This document shows, piece after piece, positions 43,766 through 57,800 of a stretch of DNA of 64,000 bases. Location of the stretch: positions 39,432,001 through 39,496,000 of the forward strand of contig OX597816.1 of NCBI GenBank assembly GCA_951406725.2, read 5' to 3'. The stretch comes from Octopus vulgaris (taxonomy: Eukaryota). Position 1 is the stretch's first letter. Every line of letters begins with the position of its first letter. The translations under genes were made by a program, and so were the position numbers. The notes beneath the pieces were generated by a model. That model was not told the origin of the DNA. It was given only the letters and a program-made list of their open reading frames with translations, and searched no databases.

Positions 43766-45025
43766 AGAAGTTTTGATAAATTTGTCGAATATGTACGTAA
43801 ACAAGCTCCAGTATAAAATGGAACAAACTACACAGAAACAAAACTTGATTGTCTACAAAAATTGTAAATATGTTATAAAGCGGTAATTGAGTCGTTTTTA
43901 AAATTTTAATCCTACGGCTTTTGTGCCACTGAATTTCTGTAAATGTGTGATTTATCTTTCAACATGTGAAAGATTTTTTACTCGGCGTAACAATAGTTCA
44001 GCTTCTTAAATTCAGTGAGGTAAACGAAGAAGAAAATTTTCGAATAAAAGATGGAAAAAAAAAATATTCGAATGAGTAAAAATGTTAGAATTTTTGGTAA
44101 AGTTGTCGAATATCTACCTAACCACATCAGGTACAAAATGGAAGGGACCACATAGAAACAACGTGTTGGAATCCCTGAATATCTACAGCAATTCTAAAGT
44201 ATGGCGTTTAATTGTTTATAAAATGTACTATAAAATCAGTTTACCCGTGTGGCATCACCAAATATCTACAAAAATTCTAAGGTGTGCTGTTTCATGTCTA
44301 TAAAACAGACCATAAAGCATGAATGAATGAACTGGGTTTAATTACACGTGTAAAACGATTTGTAATTTGGGCGAATGAAGCATGTTTTTGTGTGACCCCT
44401 TCCGTTTTGTACTGTAAGTTGTTCAACGAACTTGCTAAGCACCGTCAGAATCGAAATATTTGTTGTACGGAATACACGAACACTAACAATGGAAAAGATT
44501 ACTATCTTTTTCCTTTCCCATGAGGTATGAGGCTCTTGATCGAAAAGACTTCGCCAAAGGGAAATAAGATGAGATGGTCATAGCTGGAACCTCTTTGATT
44601 ATATGTCTACTTGATCAGAGCTGATCTAAAGCTAAATACCAAACACAGTAGCTCTTAACATGATAGACATAATTCTTCTATCTCTGTCTTATTCGCCAAA
44701 AGTCACTCTGCAATCAAATGACTGAAACAAATAAAAGAATATTCTAAAACAACAGACGTTAAATATTGATGATGGTGATGATGATAATTTGTATGGACGC
44801 TTATCAGAAGAACCTTTTCTGTTCTAGGAATCTAGACTTAGTCCATCTTTCGGTTTAATGCTACAGCCTAGTCCTTAAGTGGAATTTGCATTCAGGTCAG
44901 TCTCCTGACTGAGCATAACTTTATCTTACCAGTTTTGTTAGCCACGAAAAGGGCCATGGTTGTTGCTCTTCTTTTTCTGACTAAATAATTGTTTAAAAAG
45001 AAAATGTAAAAGAACATGAACATAT

Positions 45026-45401
45026 GTGCAGGAGTGGCTGTGTGGTAAGTAGCTTGTTTACCAACCACATGGTTGTGGGTTCAGTCCCACTGCGTGGCAC
45101 CATGGGCAAGTGTCTTCTACTATAGCCTCGGGCCAACCAAAGCCTTGTGAGTGGATCTGGTAGACGGAAACTGAAAGAAGCCTGTCGTATATATGTATAT
45201 ATATATATGTGTGTGTGTGTGTTTGTGTTTGTCCCCCTAGCATTGCTTGACAACCGATGCTGGTGTGTTTACGTCACCGTTACTTAGTGGTTCGGCAAAA
45301 CAGACCGATAGAATAAGTGCCGGGGTCGAGTTGCTCGATTAAAGGCGGTGCTCCAGCATGGCCACAGTCAAATGACTGAAACAAGTAAAAGAGTAAAAGA
45401 G
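45026..45401 (+). mobile_element. SINE family A
   Basis: Same consensus. Confidence 0.87.
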
Positions 45402-46120
45402 TATATTACTTAGGCTGACATGTTAATATAGACTTTGAAAAATGTTAAAGTGTAGTGTAGATTTGGAATAAAAGTATTTTTTTTTATGCATGTAACATTC
45501 AGCAGAAAAACAAAAACTGAAAAATCTCTCAATAAATTTATGTATTAGTAGTTTTTATTATGCATGCATGTATGGATTGCCTTGTCTTACCTTGGGTCTT
45601 CAACAACTCATGGAGTTGTTGAAGCACTGTCATTATTTACAGTGTGTTTTGGGTACTTTTTAGTTCTGGTGAAGCCCAAGGAACAGACAGACTGACTGAA
45701 AGCAAGATAGGGTGAGAAGACTTGGCCTTTATTTATTGACCCCAAAAGGACGAAACACAAAGTTGATACATCAGTATTTGAACTCAGAGTACAGAGAGCC
45801 AGAACAATTCCTGCAAAAGAAGCTATCTGTTATAACGAATCTTCCAAGCCACCACCTTATGCCTTTAGGTTAAAATAATTTAACCCTTTAGCATTCAGAT
45901 TACTGTAGTTCTTATTCAAATTGTTTAAAATTAATCATGCATTATCTTCTAACTTTGAGATTTTGATGATGTGGTTGTTTATTTTTTAAGAATGACATTG
46001 TTGGGCAGATGTGAAAGGCTAGATCTGGTTGGTTTAGACACAAAATATTTGGGCTGGATATGGCCAGTCGAAATACTAAAGGATTAAATATTTAGATACA
46101 AAATTCTCTGGATAAAGCTG

Positions 46121-46170
46121 TACATTTCTGATGAGGGATAAATATCCTGAAACATATGTAAATAGATGTC
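46121..46170 (+). ncRNA. Type I hammerhead ribozyme motif, canonical core
   Basis: CTGATGA-GGGAT aaat ATCCT-GAA-ACATATGT-A; palindromic stem III, GUA cleavage triplet; weak stem I. Confidence 0.6.
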
Positions 46171-46348
46171 CAACTATTTTTCTGTATGCTTAAGTCAACA
46201 ATAGGATATTTTGACATCATCTCAATTATCAAAGAATTATTTATATTACACATGTTTTAGATGTTTTGAATTACACTGCGTTCTATATAAAGATATATTA
46301 TTCAAATATTGGATATTTTTGTTTTAGGTTTTAAAGTGAAAAGACATC

Positions 46349-46515
46349 ATGGAATTGGATGAGGTGAAGAAGAAGCACCACAAGCGGCAAAGTGGGCTAA
46401 AAGCTGAAAAAAAGAAGGCAAAGCTTAAGCTAGAAGATAATCGAAGTGCGCAACAAAAAAACCCAAAAGCTTTTATTGTACAGTCAGCAAGGAAAGCCCA
46501 TAAGGCAGTCCAAAG
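46349..46515 (+). CDS. BMS1: BMS1 first coding exon (exon starts 46328)
   Basis: TTTTAG acceptor ending at 46327, ATG at 46349, GTATTG donor, phase 2. Confidence 0.93.
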
Positions 46516-49500
46516 GTATTGTTTAATATTTAACCTGATTCGGTTTTAAATACGTCATTGCTTAACTGGCTTTAATGAAACTTGTGCTATGTATTTGATC
46601 ATCATCATTTAATGTCTGTTGTCCATGCTGGTATGGGTTGGACAATGTGACCAGAGCTGGCGAGCTGCATCAGACTCCAGTCTGATTTAACATGGTTTCT
46701 ATGGCTGGATGCCCTCTCTAACACTTTACAGAGTGTGCTGGGTGCTTTTCCATGGCACCACATGAGCACTTTTACAGGATGCTGCACAGGTGCATTAATG
46801 TGTTGCTGCATGGGTGCTTTATACCATCATGAGTGCTTTATACCACTAGAAGGATCAGCCTTAATGCTTCTGCAGAGTATGGGTCATTTTGGAGTACGAG
46901 GTGCCAGGTATATGTATTTACATATATATATATTTCAAACCTTTATAAAGAATATAGAGACAGGTACATCAAAGACAGGTGTATATATATATATATATTG
47001 GCAGAAGTATGACTGAGAAGTTTGCTTTCCAACCATATGGTCTCAAGCTTTGTCTCACTGTGTGGATTTGGTAGGCAGACTAAAAGAATTGCCATTGATA
47101 TTCAAAATATGTAAAAATATTAATCATATTTGGTAATAAAACCAATCTGAAACAAGGAGCTTCATCAGAGTGAAGAATAAATAGAGAACTCTTCTCCATT
47201 TTCTGTTTTCTTTATATATATATACATATATATATATTTATACCGAAAATATTAGAAATAGCTATTTCTAATATTTTCGGTATGTGGTTTAAGCAACTTG
47301 TTGCAAATAACCCTTTATTATAATTATATATAATTTTTACCGAATATGGTCCTTTCCATACCGAAAGACTACTAGGTGAAATTTATTGATTTTATCAAAT
47401 TAATTATATTTCAGCCTTTATATGTATATATATATATATATGTATGTTTGTGTCTTTACATTTGTATTTGTTTCCTACCACTGCTTGACATCCAGTGTTG
47501 GCTTGTTTGTCTCCCTGTAACTTAGTGGTTTGGCAAAAAGAGTCTGATAGAATAAATAAGTACTGGGGTCAGTTTGTTCAACTTAACCCTTCAAGGCAGT
47601 GTTGTAGCATGGCCACAGTCAAATGACTGAAATAAGTAGAAGATAAAAGAAATAATAAAATTCAATAACTCTCATTCTTTATGATTTTTTTTCCTCTCAT
47701 TTTCAGAGCAGAAGATATCAAAGCCAAAAGGCACCACATTCCCATTGTTGACAGAACTCCAATTGATGCTCCACCAATTATTGTAGCCATTGTCGGTCCA
47801 CCAAAAGTGGGTAAAACAACATTACTTAAATGTATTGCAAAGAAGTATTGCCATCAAAAGTTGAGTACAATTCATGGACCAATTACTGTCTTGGCAGGTA
47901 GGTGGGCAACTTTGTTACCACTCTTGTTTTCATTTCTCATTCGTCTTTGAGGTCATCTCACAGAGGAGAAGACCTCACAGTGGAGATGACAAGGGACTGA
48001 GACTTCTAGCGGTCTGCTGTGCTTGAGAAGATGCATCATCATCATCATCATCATCGTTTAACGTCCGCTTTCCATGCTAGCATGGGTTGGACGGTATCAA
48101 GCTAAGTAAAATCATGGCCATCCATACATACTGGCAGGTCCTTATGGCCATACACTCTCTCCCTCTCTCGACTGAAAGGTCCTTGGCTTGTGGGTGCTGG
48201 TGTCATGTAAAAGTGTTCCTGCTAGTGCCACATAAAAAGTACCTGTGTAAGTGTTATGTAAAAGCACCCAGTACCCTCTTTAAAATGGTTGTCATTAGAA
48301 AGGGCATCCAGCCATAGAAACTATGCCAAAACAAACACTCAGAGCCTGGACAGCTCTCTGGCTTGCCAGCTCTGGTCAAACCATTCAACCCATGCCAGCA
48401 TAGAAAATGGATGTTAAAGGATGATATATGTGTGTGTGAGCTGGCAGAGACGTTAGCACGCCGGGAGAAGTGCTTCGCGGTATTTTGCCTGTCGCTACGT
48501 TCTGAGTTCAAATTCCGCCGAGGTCGACTTTGCCTTTCATCCTTTCGGGGTCGATAAATTAAGTACCAGTTACGCACTGGGGTTGATGTAATCGACTTAA
48601 TCCCTTTGTCTGTCCTTGTTTGTCCCCTCTATGTTTAGCCCCTTGTGGGTAATATAGAAACAGATATATGTGTGTGTGTGTGCATCTGCCTATGCTTTGA
48701 CATTATGTGATGATTGTAAATGAGAGTGACTGTCATGCAAGTGATGCTGTTCCTTTCCAGTCTTCCACGAAGGAAATGTCTGGTTATGGGGAAGTATTAC
48801 TTTGCTTGGAAATGGGGGGATGGAAGCACTCCGTCGGTTATGACGACGAGGGTTCCGGTTGATCCGAATCAACGGAACAGCCTGCTCGTGAAATTAACGT
48901 GTAAGTGGCTGAGCACTCCACAGACACGTGTACCCTTAACGTAGTTCTCGGGGATATTCAGCGTGACACAGACAGTGACAAGGCCGGCCCTTTGAAATAC
49001 AGGTACAACAGAAACAGGAAGTAAGAGTGAGAGAAAGTTGTAGTGAAAGAGTACAGCAGGGATCACCACCATCCCCTGCTGGAGCCTTGTGGAGCTTTAG
49101 GTGTTTTCGCTCAATAAACACTCACAACGCCCGGTCTGGGAATCGAAACCGCGATCCTATGACTGCGAGTCCGCTGCTCTAACCACTGGGCCATTGCGCC
49201 TCCACATGCTTGGAAATAGGTGAGGATTGGTGACAGGAAGGGCATCCAGCTGTGGAAACTTCGCCTCAGCAAATTCCTTCTGACCAATGCAAGCATGAAA
49301 TAAGTGAATGTTAAATGATGATGGTGATGGTGGTGAAAAACATTATCTGCATAAAATTAATCCCTTTAACACTCAACTTTCTTTGTGACAGCTTCAGCGA
49401 CTGAACTGTCTTGGCTGATAATAATTAAAGTCATAATTTTCTTACTAAGTAAATTTTTGATCCTGACTCTACTTCTGCCATCTGTCATCTTCAAGTGTGA

Positions 49501-52500
49501 TGTATTCAATCTTATCTGTCACAATACTTACTGAATTACAGATCTCTATCAGAGACCTTTACCAGCTTAACCCTTTAGTGTTCGCATTATTCTGCCAAAA
49601 TTAATGCTTTTTCATCCACATTGTTTTGAACTAATCATGCATTATCTTGTAGCTATGAGATTCTGATGAGGTAGCTGTTAATTTTTAAAACGGTATTGTA
49701 GGATTGGTGTGAGAGACCAGATCTGGCCAGTTTGAACATAAAACAGGCAGAATACTTTTGTCCGGAAATGGCCGGTTTAAATGCTATAGGGTTAATTTTG
49801 TTTGGCCTCAATTGTTTTTTTTATTTCTTATTCAGCTGCCTAATCTGTAATTGTTTATAGTTCCCTTCTATGGTACATTTAGGACTGTTTTAGTTACCAT
49901 TTACTGAGGAATTTTTTTACGGCCATTGCTTTGTTAATCTCACTTTGTTTTGATCTTTCATATCTTTATATATAAAAGTGAGGTTGTGTGCTGTCTGTCT
50001 CCTACGATTTAGATTCCTAACTACTCGCACATTTTGCGGTGCAGTTTAACCAAAACCGGGTATCTTTTAGTCATGATTCATATTGAGCCCTTCTGGGTAT
50101 TAGCATGCGTCTACGATGAGTCTACGATTTAAAAAAAAATTTATAAAAGTGAGGTTGTGTGCTGTCTGTCTCCTACGATTTAGATACCTAACTACTCCCA
50201 CATTTTGCGGTGCAGTTTAACCAAAACCGGGTATCTTTTAGTCATGATTCATATTGAGCCCTTCTGGGTATTAGCGTGCGTCTACGATGAGTCTACGATT
50301 TAAAAAAAAAATTTATAAAAGTGAGGTTGTGTGCTGTCTGTCTCCTACGATTTAGATTCCTAACTACTCCCACATTTTGCGGTGCAGTTTAACCAAAACC
50401 GGGTATCTTTTAGTCGTGATTCATATCGAGCCCTTCTGGGTATTACCGCGCGTCTACGATTTTAAAAAAGAATTTACCATCAATTTTCCCCATTTTTAAT
50501 GCATTTTTGGCATATATAAGGGAAGTAACTCTCTAAAAATTTATTATTAAATCTCAACGTAAAAAGCTACAGTAACAACCCCGCCCTTTGTGGTTAGCCA
50601 TATTGAGATGGCTATTATACTTTACATCTCTAAAAATGCTTATATAGTTATTTCCCTTACAAACCCAAGCAACACCGGGTGATACTGCTAGTTTGACATA
50701 AAGCTATTATTAGAAATCATATGATAACTGTGTCAAGAGGCTCTGTCTATGTCTAAACAATTATTCCCAACTTGAGTAATATAGCTTACAATAGCTACAT
50801 ATACTAATCTTTCAGTTATGTATTATTTCAGATAACGTTTCTCATTTAGAATTTCCGTGTAATATTCATTTTTCCGTGTAATATTCATTTTTCATATTTT
50901 AACTTGTTAAGACTTGAACTCTGTTTTACATTATTTACCAGGTAAACAACGTAGATTAACACTGATAGAGTGTAACAGTGATATCAACTGTATGATAGAT
51001 ATTGCAAAAGTTGCAGATTTGGTATGTACATTTTTATCATTTTCTCTCAATTGTAACAATATAACCTAACACAGTGTTTCCTAACCAGGGTTTCCTGAGA
51101 GGTTACTAGGTGTACCAAGAAAAAGTGCAGTAGACTATTTATATGCAAATGCATTTTTTAGTCAAATTTTATATTTGTAATTTTATTATGTGACCATTGC
51201 CAGCGCCGCCCCGACGGGCCTCCGTGCCGGTGGCACGTAAAAAGCACCATCCGATCGTGGCCGCTGCCAGTCTCGCTTGGCCCCCGTGCCGGTGGCACAT
51301 GAAAAGCACCATTCGACCGTGGCCATTTGCCAGCCCCATCTGGCACCTGTGCCGGTGGCACGTAAAAAGCACCCACTACACTCACGGAGTGGTTGGCGTT
51401 AGGAAGGGCACATCCAGCCATAGAAACATTGCCAGATCAGACTGGGCCTGGTGCAGCCTTCTGGCTTTCGAGACCCCAGTTGAACCGTCCAACCCATGCT
51501 AGCATGGAAAGCGGACGCTAAATGATGATGATGATTATACACACACAGCTGGCAAAACAGTTAGCACACTGGACAAAATGTTTTGTGCATTTTTTCAGAC
51601 TTTACATTCAAATGCTAAGGTTAACTTTCAGTTGAGCATTAGGGTCAATGTACTTTCCCCCTAAATTTTTAATCTTGTACCTACAGGCGCAGGAGTGGCT
51701 GTGTGGTAAGTAGCTTGCTTACCAACCACATGGTTCCGAGTTCAGTCCCACTGTGGGGCACCTTGGGCAAGTGTCTTCTACTATATCTTCAGGCCGACCA
51801 AAGCCTTGTGAGTGGATTTGGTAGATGGAAACTGAAAGAAGTCCATCGTATATATATATATTTATGTGTTTATATGTTTGTGTATCTGTGTTTGTCCTTG
51901 CAACATCGCTTGACAACCGATGGTGGTGTGTTTACGTCTCCGTAACTTAGCGGTTCGGCAAAAGAGATCGATAGAATAAGTACTAGGCATCCACCGAATA
52001 AGTCCTGGGGTCAATTTGCTCAACTAAAGGCGGTGCTCCAGCATGGCCCCAGTCAAATGACTGAAACAAGTAAAAGAATAAAAGTAGAAAGAATTGTACA
52101 CACACAGCATAATTTACTACATAGCCTCTCTGGATTGTGAAGTGACCCAACTGGAAAAATGATAGCAGAATATGAAATTGGAGGAGAATTTAGTCTAAAC
52201 AAGATGTTGGTTAAGACAACATTTCTCAACACTTCTGTTACCATATTTCTATTGAAATAAGCTATCTTTGTTTCAGTTAATTCTGAAAATGAAAAATTTA
52301 CTAAAATAACTTTTTAATTATTAAGCTACTGTTTTGAACATAGATTAACTTGGAATTTTGGTGGAAGGTTTTAATTTAGAACACTTTAAAAATGCGAGTT
52401 TGTATCATTAGAACCAAGGCTGGTCTCAGGTGGGTTGGTATCAACCTTCTTTCTGGCATCTGATTTAGCTCAGTTTTACCTAGTAGTTCTCAACTTTTTT

Positions 52501-53824
52501 CCCTATGGACCCCTTTCATTCCTATTTTATTCTACTGGACCCCCATGTTAAAAAGAATCCTATTATATTTTAATAATTAAATATTTGGAATTGAATGAAA
52601 AATTAAAATATTTTGTGTATTGTAGAAGCGTAGTCAATGTATTGCTTAAAAACTTTAACAACTGCGTGTTGTGTTCTTGAGCAAGACACTTTATTTCATG
52701 TTGCTCCAGTTCACTCAGCTGTAGAAATGAGTTGCGATGTCGCAGGTGCCAGGCTGTATCGGCCTTTGCCTTTCTCTTGGATAACACTGGTGGCGTGGAG
52801 AAGGGAGGCCGGTATGCATGGGCAACTGCTGGTCTTCATAAACAACCTTGCCTGGAAGGGTAACTTTCTAGGTGCAATCCCGTGGTCATTCATGACTGAA
52901 GGGGGTCTCAGCATCTCAGCAATCCATGTCACCATGGAACATAGATATTAGATGATAAAACCTTTATAAGATAGTTTTATAATTTGTTTAATCTCTTATG
53001 CATTTCAACCCAATGAAAGAAAAATAAAGATTACTGTAGATCAGCAGTTTTCAACCAGGGTCTACATGGACTCTGGGGGTTCATATAAGATTTTGGGGGT
53101 CCATGGATGCAATGTAATAGATTAGGGTCCAAAGTAATTTTTCAGGGACCATGAAAAAATTGTGCTTCAGCCTAGTAATGTTTATTGGTTATATGTCCAC
53201 AATATACAAAATATTTAATTATAAAAATATAATAGGATTTTTTAAACATCAAATGGCTATGGAGGTCCACTCAAGGAAAATAAGAATCAAAAGGTTCACG
53301 GACAAAACATAGTTGAGAACTCCTGTTCTAGATTTATAATAATATTTATGTAGAGGTTCCTTGAGACCTGGCATGTATTTCAAATGTTCTCCAAACATTA
53401 AAAAGTTTGGGAAATACTGGTCTATCCTCACATGTGATTGTTTATTACATGAAGTTCTTTTTGATTTTCTTCAGGTTTTGCTTTTGGTTGATGCCAGTTT
53501 TGGATTTGAGATGGAAATATTCGAATTCCTTAACATATGTCAAGTACACGGATTTCCACGTGTGATGGGAGTTCTTACTCATTTGGATACTTTCCGTGAT
53601 GGGAAACAAATGAAAAAAATTAAAAAGCGACTAAAAACTAGGTTTTGGACAGAAATTTATCAGGTAAATTCTACTATGGCTGTGTGGTTAAGAATCTCAC
53701 TTTGTGACCATGTGATTTCAGGTTCAGTCTCATTGCATGGCACCTTGGGCAAGTGCTTCTATAGACCTAGACTGACCAATGCCTTTCGAGTGAATTTGGT
53801 ATATGGAAACTGTGTGGAAGCCTG

Positions 53825-53881
<57 letters not shown>

Positions 53882-54638
53882 CATATATATAAAACTGTAG
53901 TTGTGTGAGTGTCTGTCCCCTTCGATTTAGATTCCTAACTACTCCCACATTTTGCAGTGCAGTTTAACCAAATTCAGGTATCTTATAGTCGTGATTCATA
54001 TCGAGCCCGTCTGAGTATTAGCGTGCGTCTACGATGAGTCTACGATTTAAAAAATAATTTAACATCATTTTTTATTCCATTTTAATGCATAATTTTCCGT
54101 GTGTCGATGGCGGCGGAGTTGGCGTCCATGGTCACACCTGCACCTGTTTGCTTCTCCCCCTTCTTCCCTCCCTCGTGAAGCTGTGGGGAAGGGAGTTTAA
54201 GGAAATCAACGTCGTAAAGCGTTGTCAAGGAGACCAGCGTTCTTTTAGAACAACGACTTCATGGCTTGAAGACACCAAAACAGAAATGGCTAAGAAAGCC
54301 CGAATTGGCATCTATAAAGGAAGTAACTCTCTAAAAATGCTTATATAGTTATTTCCCTTACAAACCCGAGCAACGCCGGGCGATACTGCTAGTATATATA
54401 TAAAATTTAAATAACGAGGGAGATAAATTGAATATTAATTTAATTAATATTAATTTAAAACCAGTAGCCTAGCATATATAAAAAAATCTGAAAAATCAGA
54501 AAAAATTTCAATACATGTGTATATTTAGGGATAAACCACTAGGTGGATAACCAATACGCTAGAAGAAGATCACATATGATCTAACCACAAAGAAAAGAAT
54601 GTTCTCCAGAGAAAATTCAGCAAACACCATGTTCTGGT

Positions 54639-54676
<38 letters not shown>

Positions 54677-54835
54677 GTGTGTGTATTTAGGGATAAACCA
54701 CTAGGTGGATAACCAATACGCTAGAAGAAGATCACATACAATCTAACCACAAAGAAAAGAATGTTCTCCAGAGAAATTCTTTTCTTTGTAGTTAGATCAT
54801 ATGTGATCTTCTTGTTGCGTGGTTTATCCCTAAAT

Positions 54836-54880
<45 letters not shown>

Positions 54881-57800
54881 TATATATGTGTGTGTGTTTG
54901 TTCCACTACTTGACGACTGGTGTTGGTTTGTTTACTTGCTTCAAACTTTGTGGTTCAGCAAAAAGGACCAATAGATTAAGTATTAAGCTTGAAAATAAAT
55001 AGTGGGGTTCATTTCTTCAGCTGAACCCTTTGCAGTGGTACTCAAGCCTTGCTGCATCCCCTTGAGTCACTCTGTATCTTCTGCAGAACCATTAGTACAA
55101 CGGGGCTTATCAAACAGTGTTTATTGTCTGAATTATGTATTACAGCATTTTATGTGTAAATTTTTTAATCTTGGCGCTAATTGCAGACCGTCTTGCTCTG
55201 CTCTTCATGCATGGAATTATTGTATCCACTGCAGATGAATCTGGTTTTCTTGTCCTTTGATCTGGGGCAATTGAAACATCTCTTGCATTGTGATGAACGA
55301 TTCTGGGTGGTGCTTCTGGTAAAATTCCACAGCAGCAAATGATCTGTTTCACATCTTGAGATGTTTGAAGTGACTCCAATCTGTGCTGTGCGTGCAGAGT
55401 GGTCAGTGAAATCGATAACCAAAACATGTAATCATAATAATAATAATAATAATAATGGAGACAAAATTGCAAGAGTGTAAACGGGTAATAAGAACATGAA
55501 AAAAATTGGGTGGAATATTTAATCATAAAATCTGACTGTTTGGATTACCTAGTGTTTTGAATAAGGCTGGGGTCATATTGACCCCATGGTACCAGTTAAG
55601 GGTTAAATGATGATGGTGTTTGTGAGTCGTGAGAATTGATTGAGCAAGAGAAATGACAAAAAGATCTTAAATTTTATTTCAATGTTTGAAATTTTGCCTT
55701 TCTCTTTTCATACCTAAAATTCATAAACCGACCCCAATTTTAGAGTAAAGCAATGCTAAATTTCAATGTATATTTTTGCTTTTTAGGGTGCCAAATTATT
55801 CTATTTATCTGGAGTAGTGAATGAAGAATATCAAAGTCAGGAAGTTCATAATCTTTGCAGATTTATTTCTATTATGAAATTCCGTCCTCTGCAGTGGAAA
55901 ATCAGTCATCCCTATTTGCTTGTTGACAGGTCAGTTTGATATTTCTTAAGTAATTAATTAAACTGTATTGAAATGAAGATGCCTAAAATCCTGATTGGGC
56001 ATTGTTTTGGATTTGTTGAGATCTTTGGGATATAACTACCCCAGGCCACACATGCAACACACAGATACAAGCATTCATAGACAGATAGATTGATACACAC
56101 ACTCACGCACACACACACGCACTCACTCACTCACTCACTCTCTCTCTCACTCACTCAGAATATCTGGCCTTTTTTCCTGGCTGAAGAGTCATAATTCTTC
56201 TTAACTCTCTCTAGCAGAATATCTGGCCTTTTTCCTGGCTGAAGAGTCGTAATTCTTCTTAACTCTTTAGCATTTAAACCAGCTGTATCAGGCCCAAATA
56301 TTCTGCCTATTTTATGTTCATACTGGCCAGATTCATCTTACTCTACAACATCATTCTAAAAATAAAATCACATCAAAATCTCAAAGCTATAAGACAACAC
56401 ATGATTAATTCAAGACAATGTGAATAAATAAACATTACATTTGACAGAGTAATCTGAATGCTGAAGTGTTAACAGATGCATATTTGGTTTATTAGCACAC
56501 TATTGAAACTCTTTGGAAAAGTTATGTAAGAAAATTTCATGTCTATCTATCTATCTGCTCAGTCGAAGTCGACTCTCGGTTACTCGTTGGATCAGTGTCC
56601 TCCAGTCAGTTCTATCCTGGGCCACTTCTTTCAGATTGGCTATGTCCATTCCGGTATCACTCTTGATGGTGTCAAGCCAGCGGGTTCTTGGTCGGCCTCT
56701 TCCTCTCTTGCCACTGACCATTCCGAGCATGATGTCCTTCTCCAGGGATTTTCTCTGCAAAATATGACCGAAATATGCCAATCTATGCTTGGTGATCTTT
56801 TCTTTTCATGTAAGAAATGAAATTATCCTATGTTTATAGTAGTCTGGCATTTAATGTGCTATGCTTATGGATACACACACATAATATAATGGGATATTTC
56901 ACAATTTAAATGTATAATTGGTATATATCTAATTGAGGAAATGAAGGTGCATGGCTCAGTGGTTAGAGCATCAAGCTCACAATCATTAGGGAATTAATTT
57001 GATTCCCTTTATTTCACATTGCTCCAGTTCACTTAGCTGTAGGAATGAGTTGCGACATCATTAGTGTCAAGCTGTATTGACCTTTGCCTTTCCCTTGGAT
57101 AATGTCAGTGGTGTGGAGAGGGTGGACTGGTATGCATGGGTGACTGCTGGTCTTCCATAAAACAACCTTGCCTGGACTTGTGTGCCTCAGAGGGGAATTT
57201 TCTAGGTGCAGTCCCGTAGTCATTCATGACCGAAGGTGGTCTTTTTAATTGAGGGTAAGGATTCATTGTAAGTTCAATGGCAGATTGTCTACAAGTTGAA
57301 TCTATTATCTGTTTCATGGCGGGGGGGTATTTATATGAGTATATGACTGTTTTATGAAAATGCTTATTAATATGAATTAATGCATTTTTCTAATAACAGA
57401 TATTTTATGAGTTTAAATGTCGTTATTGCATATATTCATTCTTGAGGGGAGTGATTTTGGGAATATACTTTTACTGCGGAAGTTACATAGATAAATAGTT
57501 CACACTGTAAAGTGGTTGGCTTTAGGAAGGGCACTCAGCTATAAAAACCATGCCAAAGTAGACATTAGAGCTCGATGCAGTCCTTGGACACATTGGTCTT
57601 TTCCAATCCATGCTAGCATGGAACATGGATGTTAAATGATGATGGTTCTATTTTATTCAAATTTCATGGTGATTATGCAAAATAATGGAATGAATGATAA
57701 AATTCTTAAAAAACTGCTTTTGTATATTTGGGATAGGGTACATGTAAGCAATAATAATACTAATTGTTTCAAATTTTTGCACAAGATCAGCAATTTTAAG

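Noticed and set aside
51190-51375. CRISPR-like array of palindromic repeats with spacers (also 60520-60880, 63630-63770)
   Set aside because: Eukaryotic intron, linkers are homologous to each other, no cas genes, and the array is part of a (GAT)n-tailed retroelement
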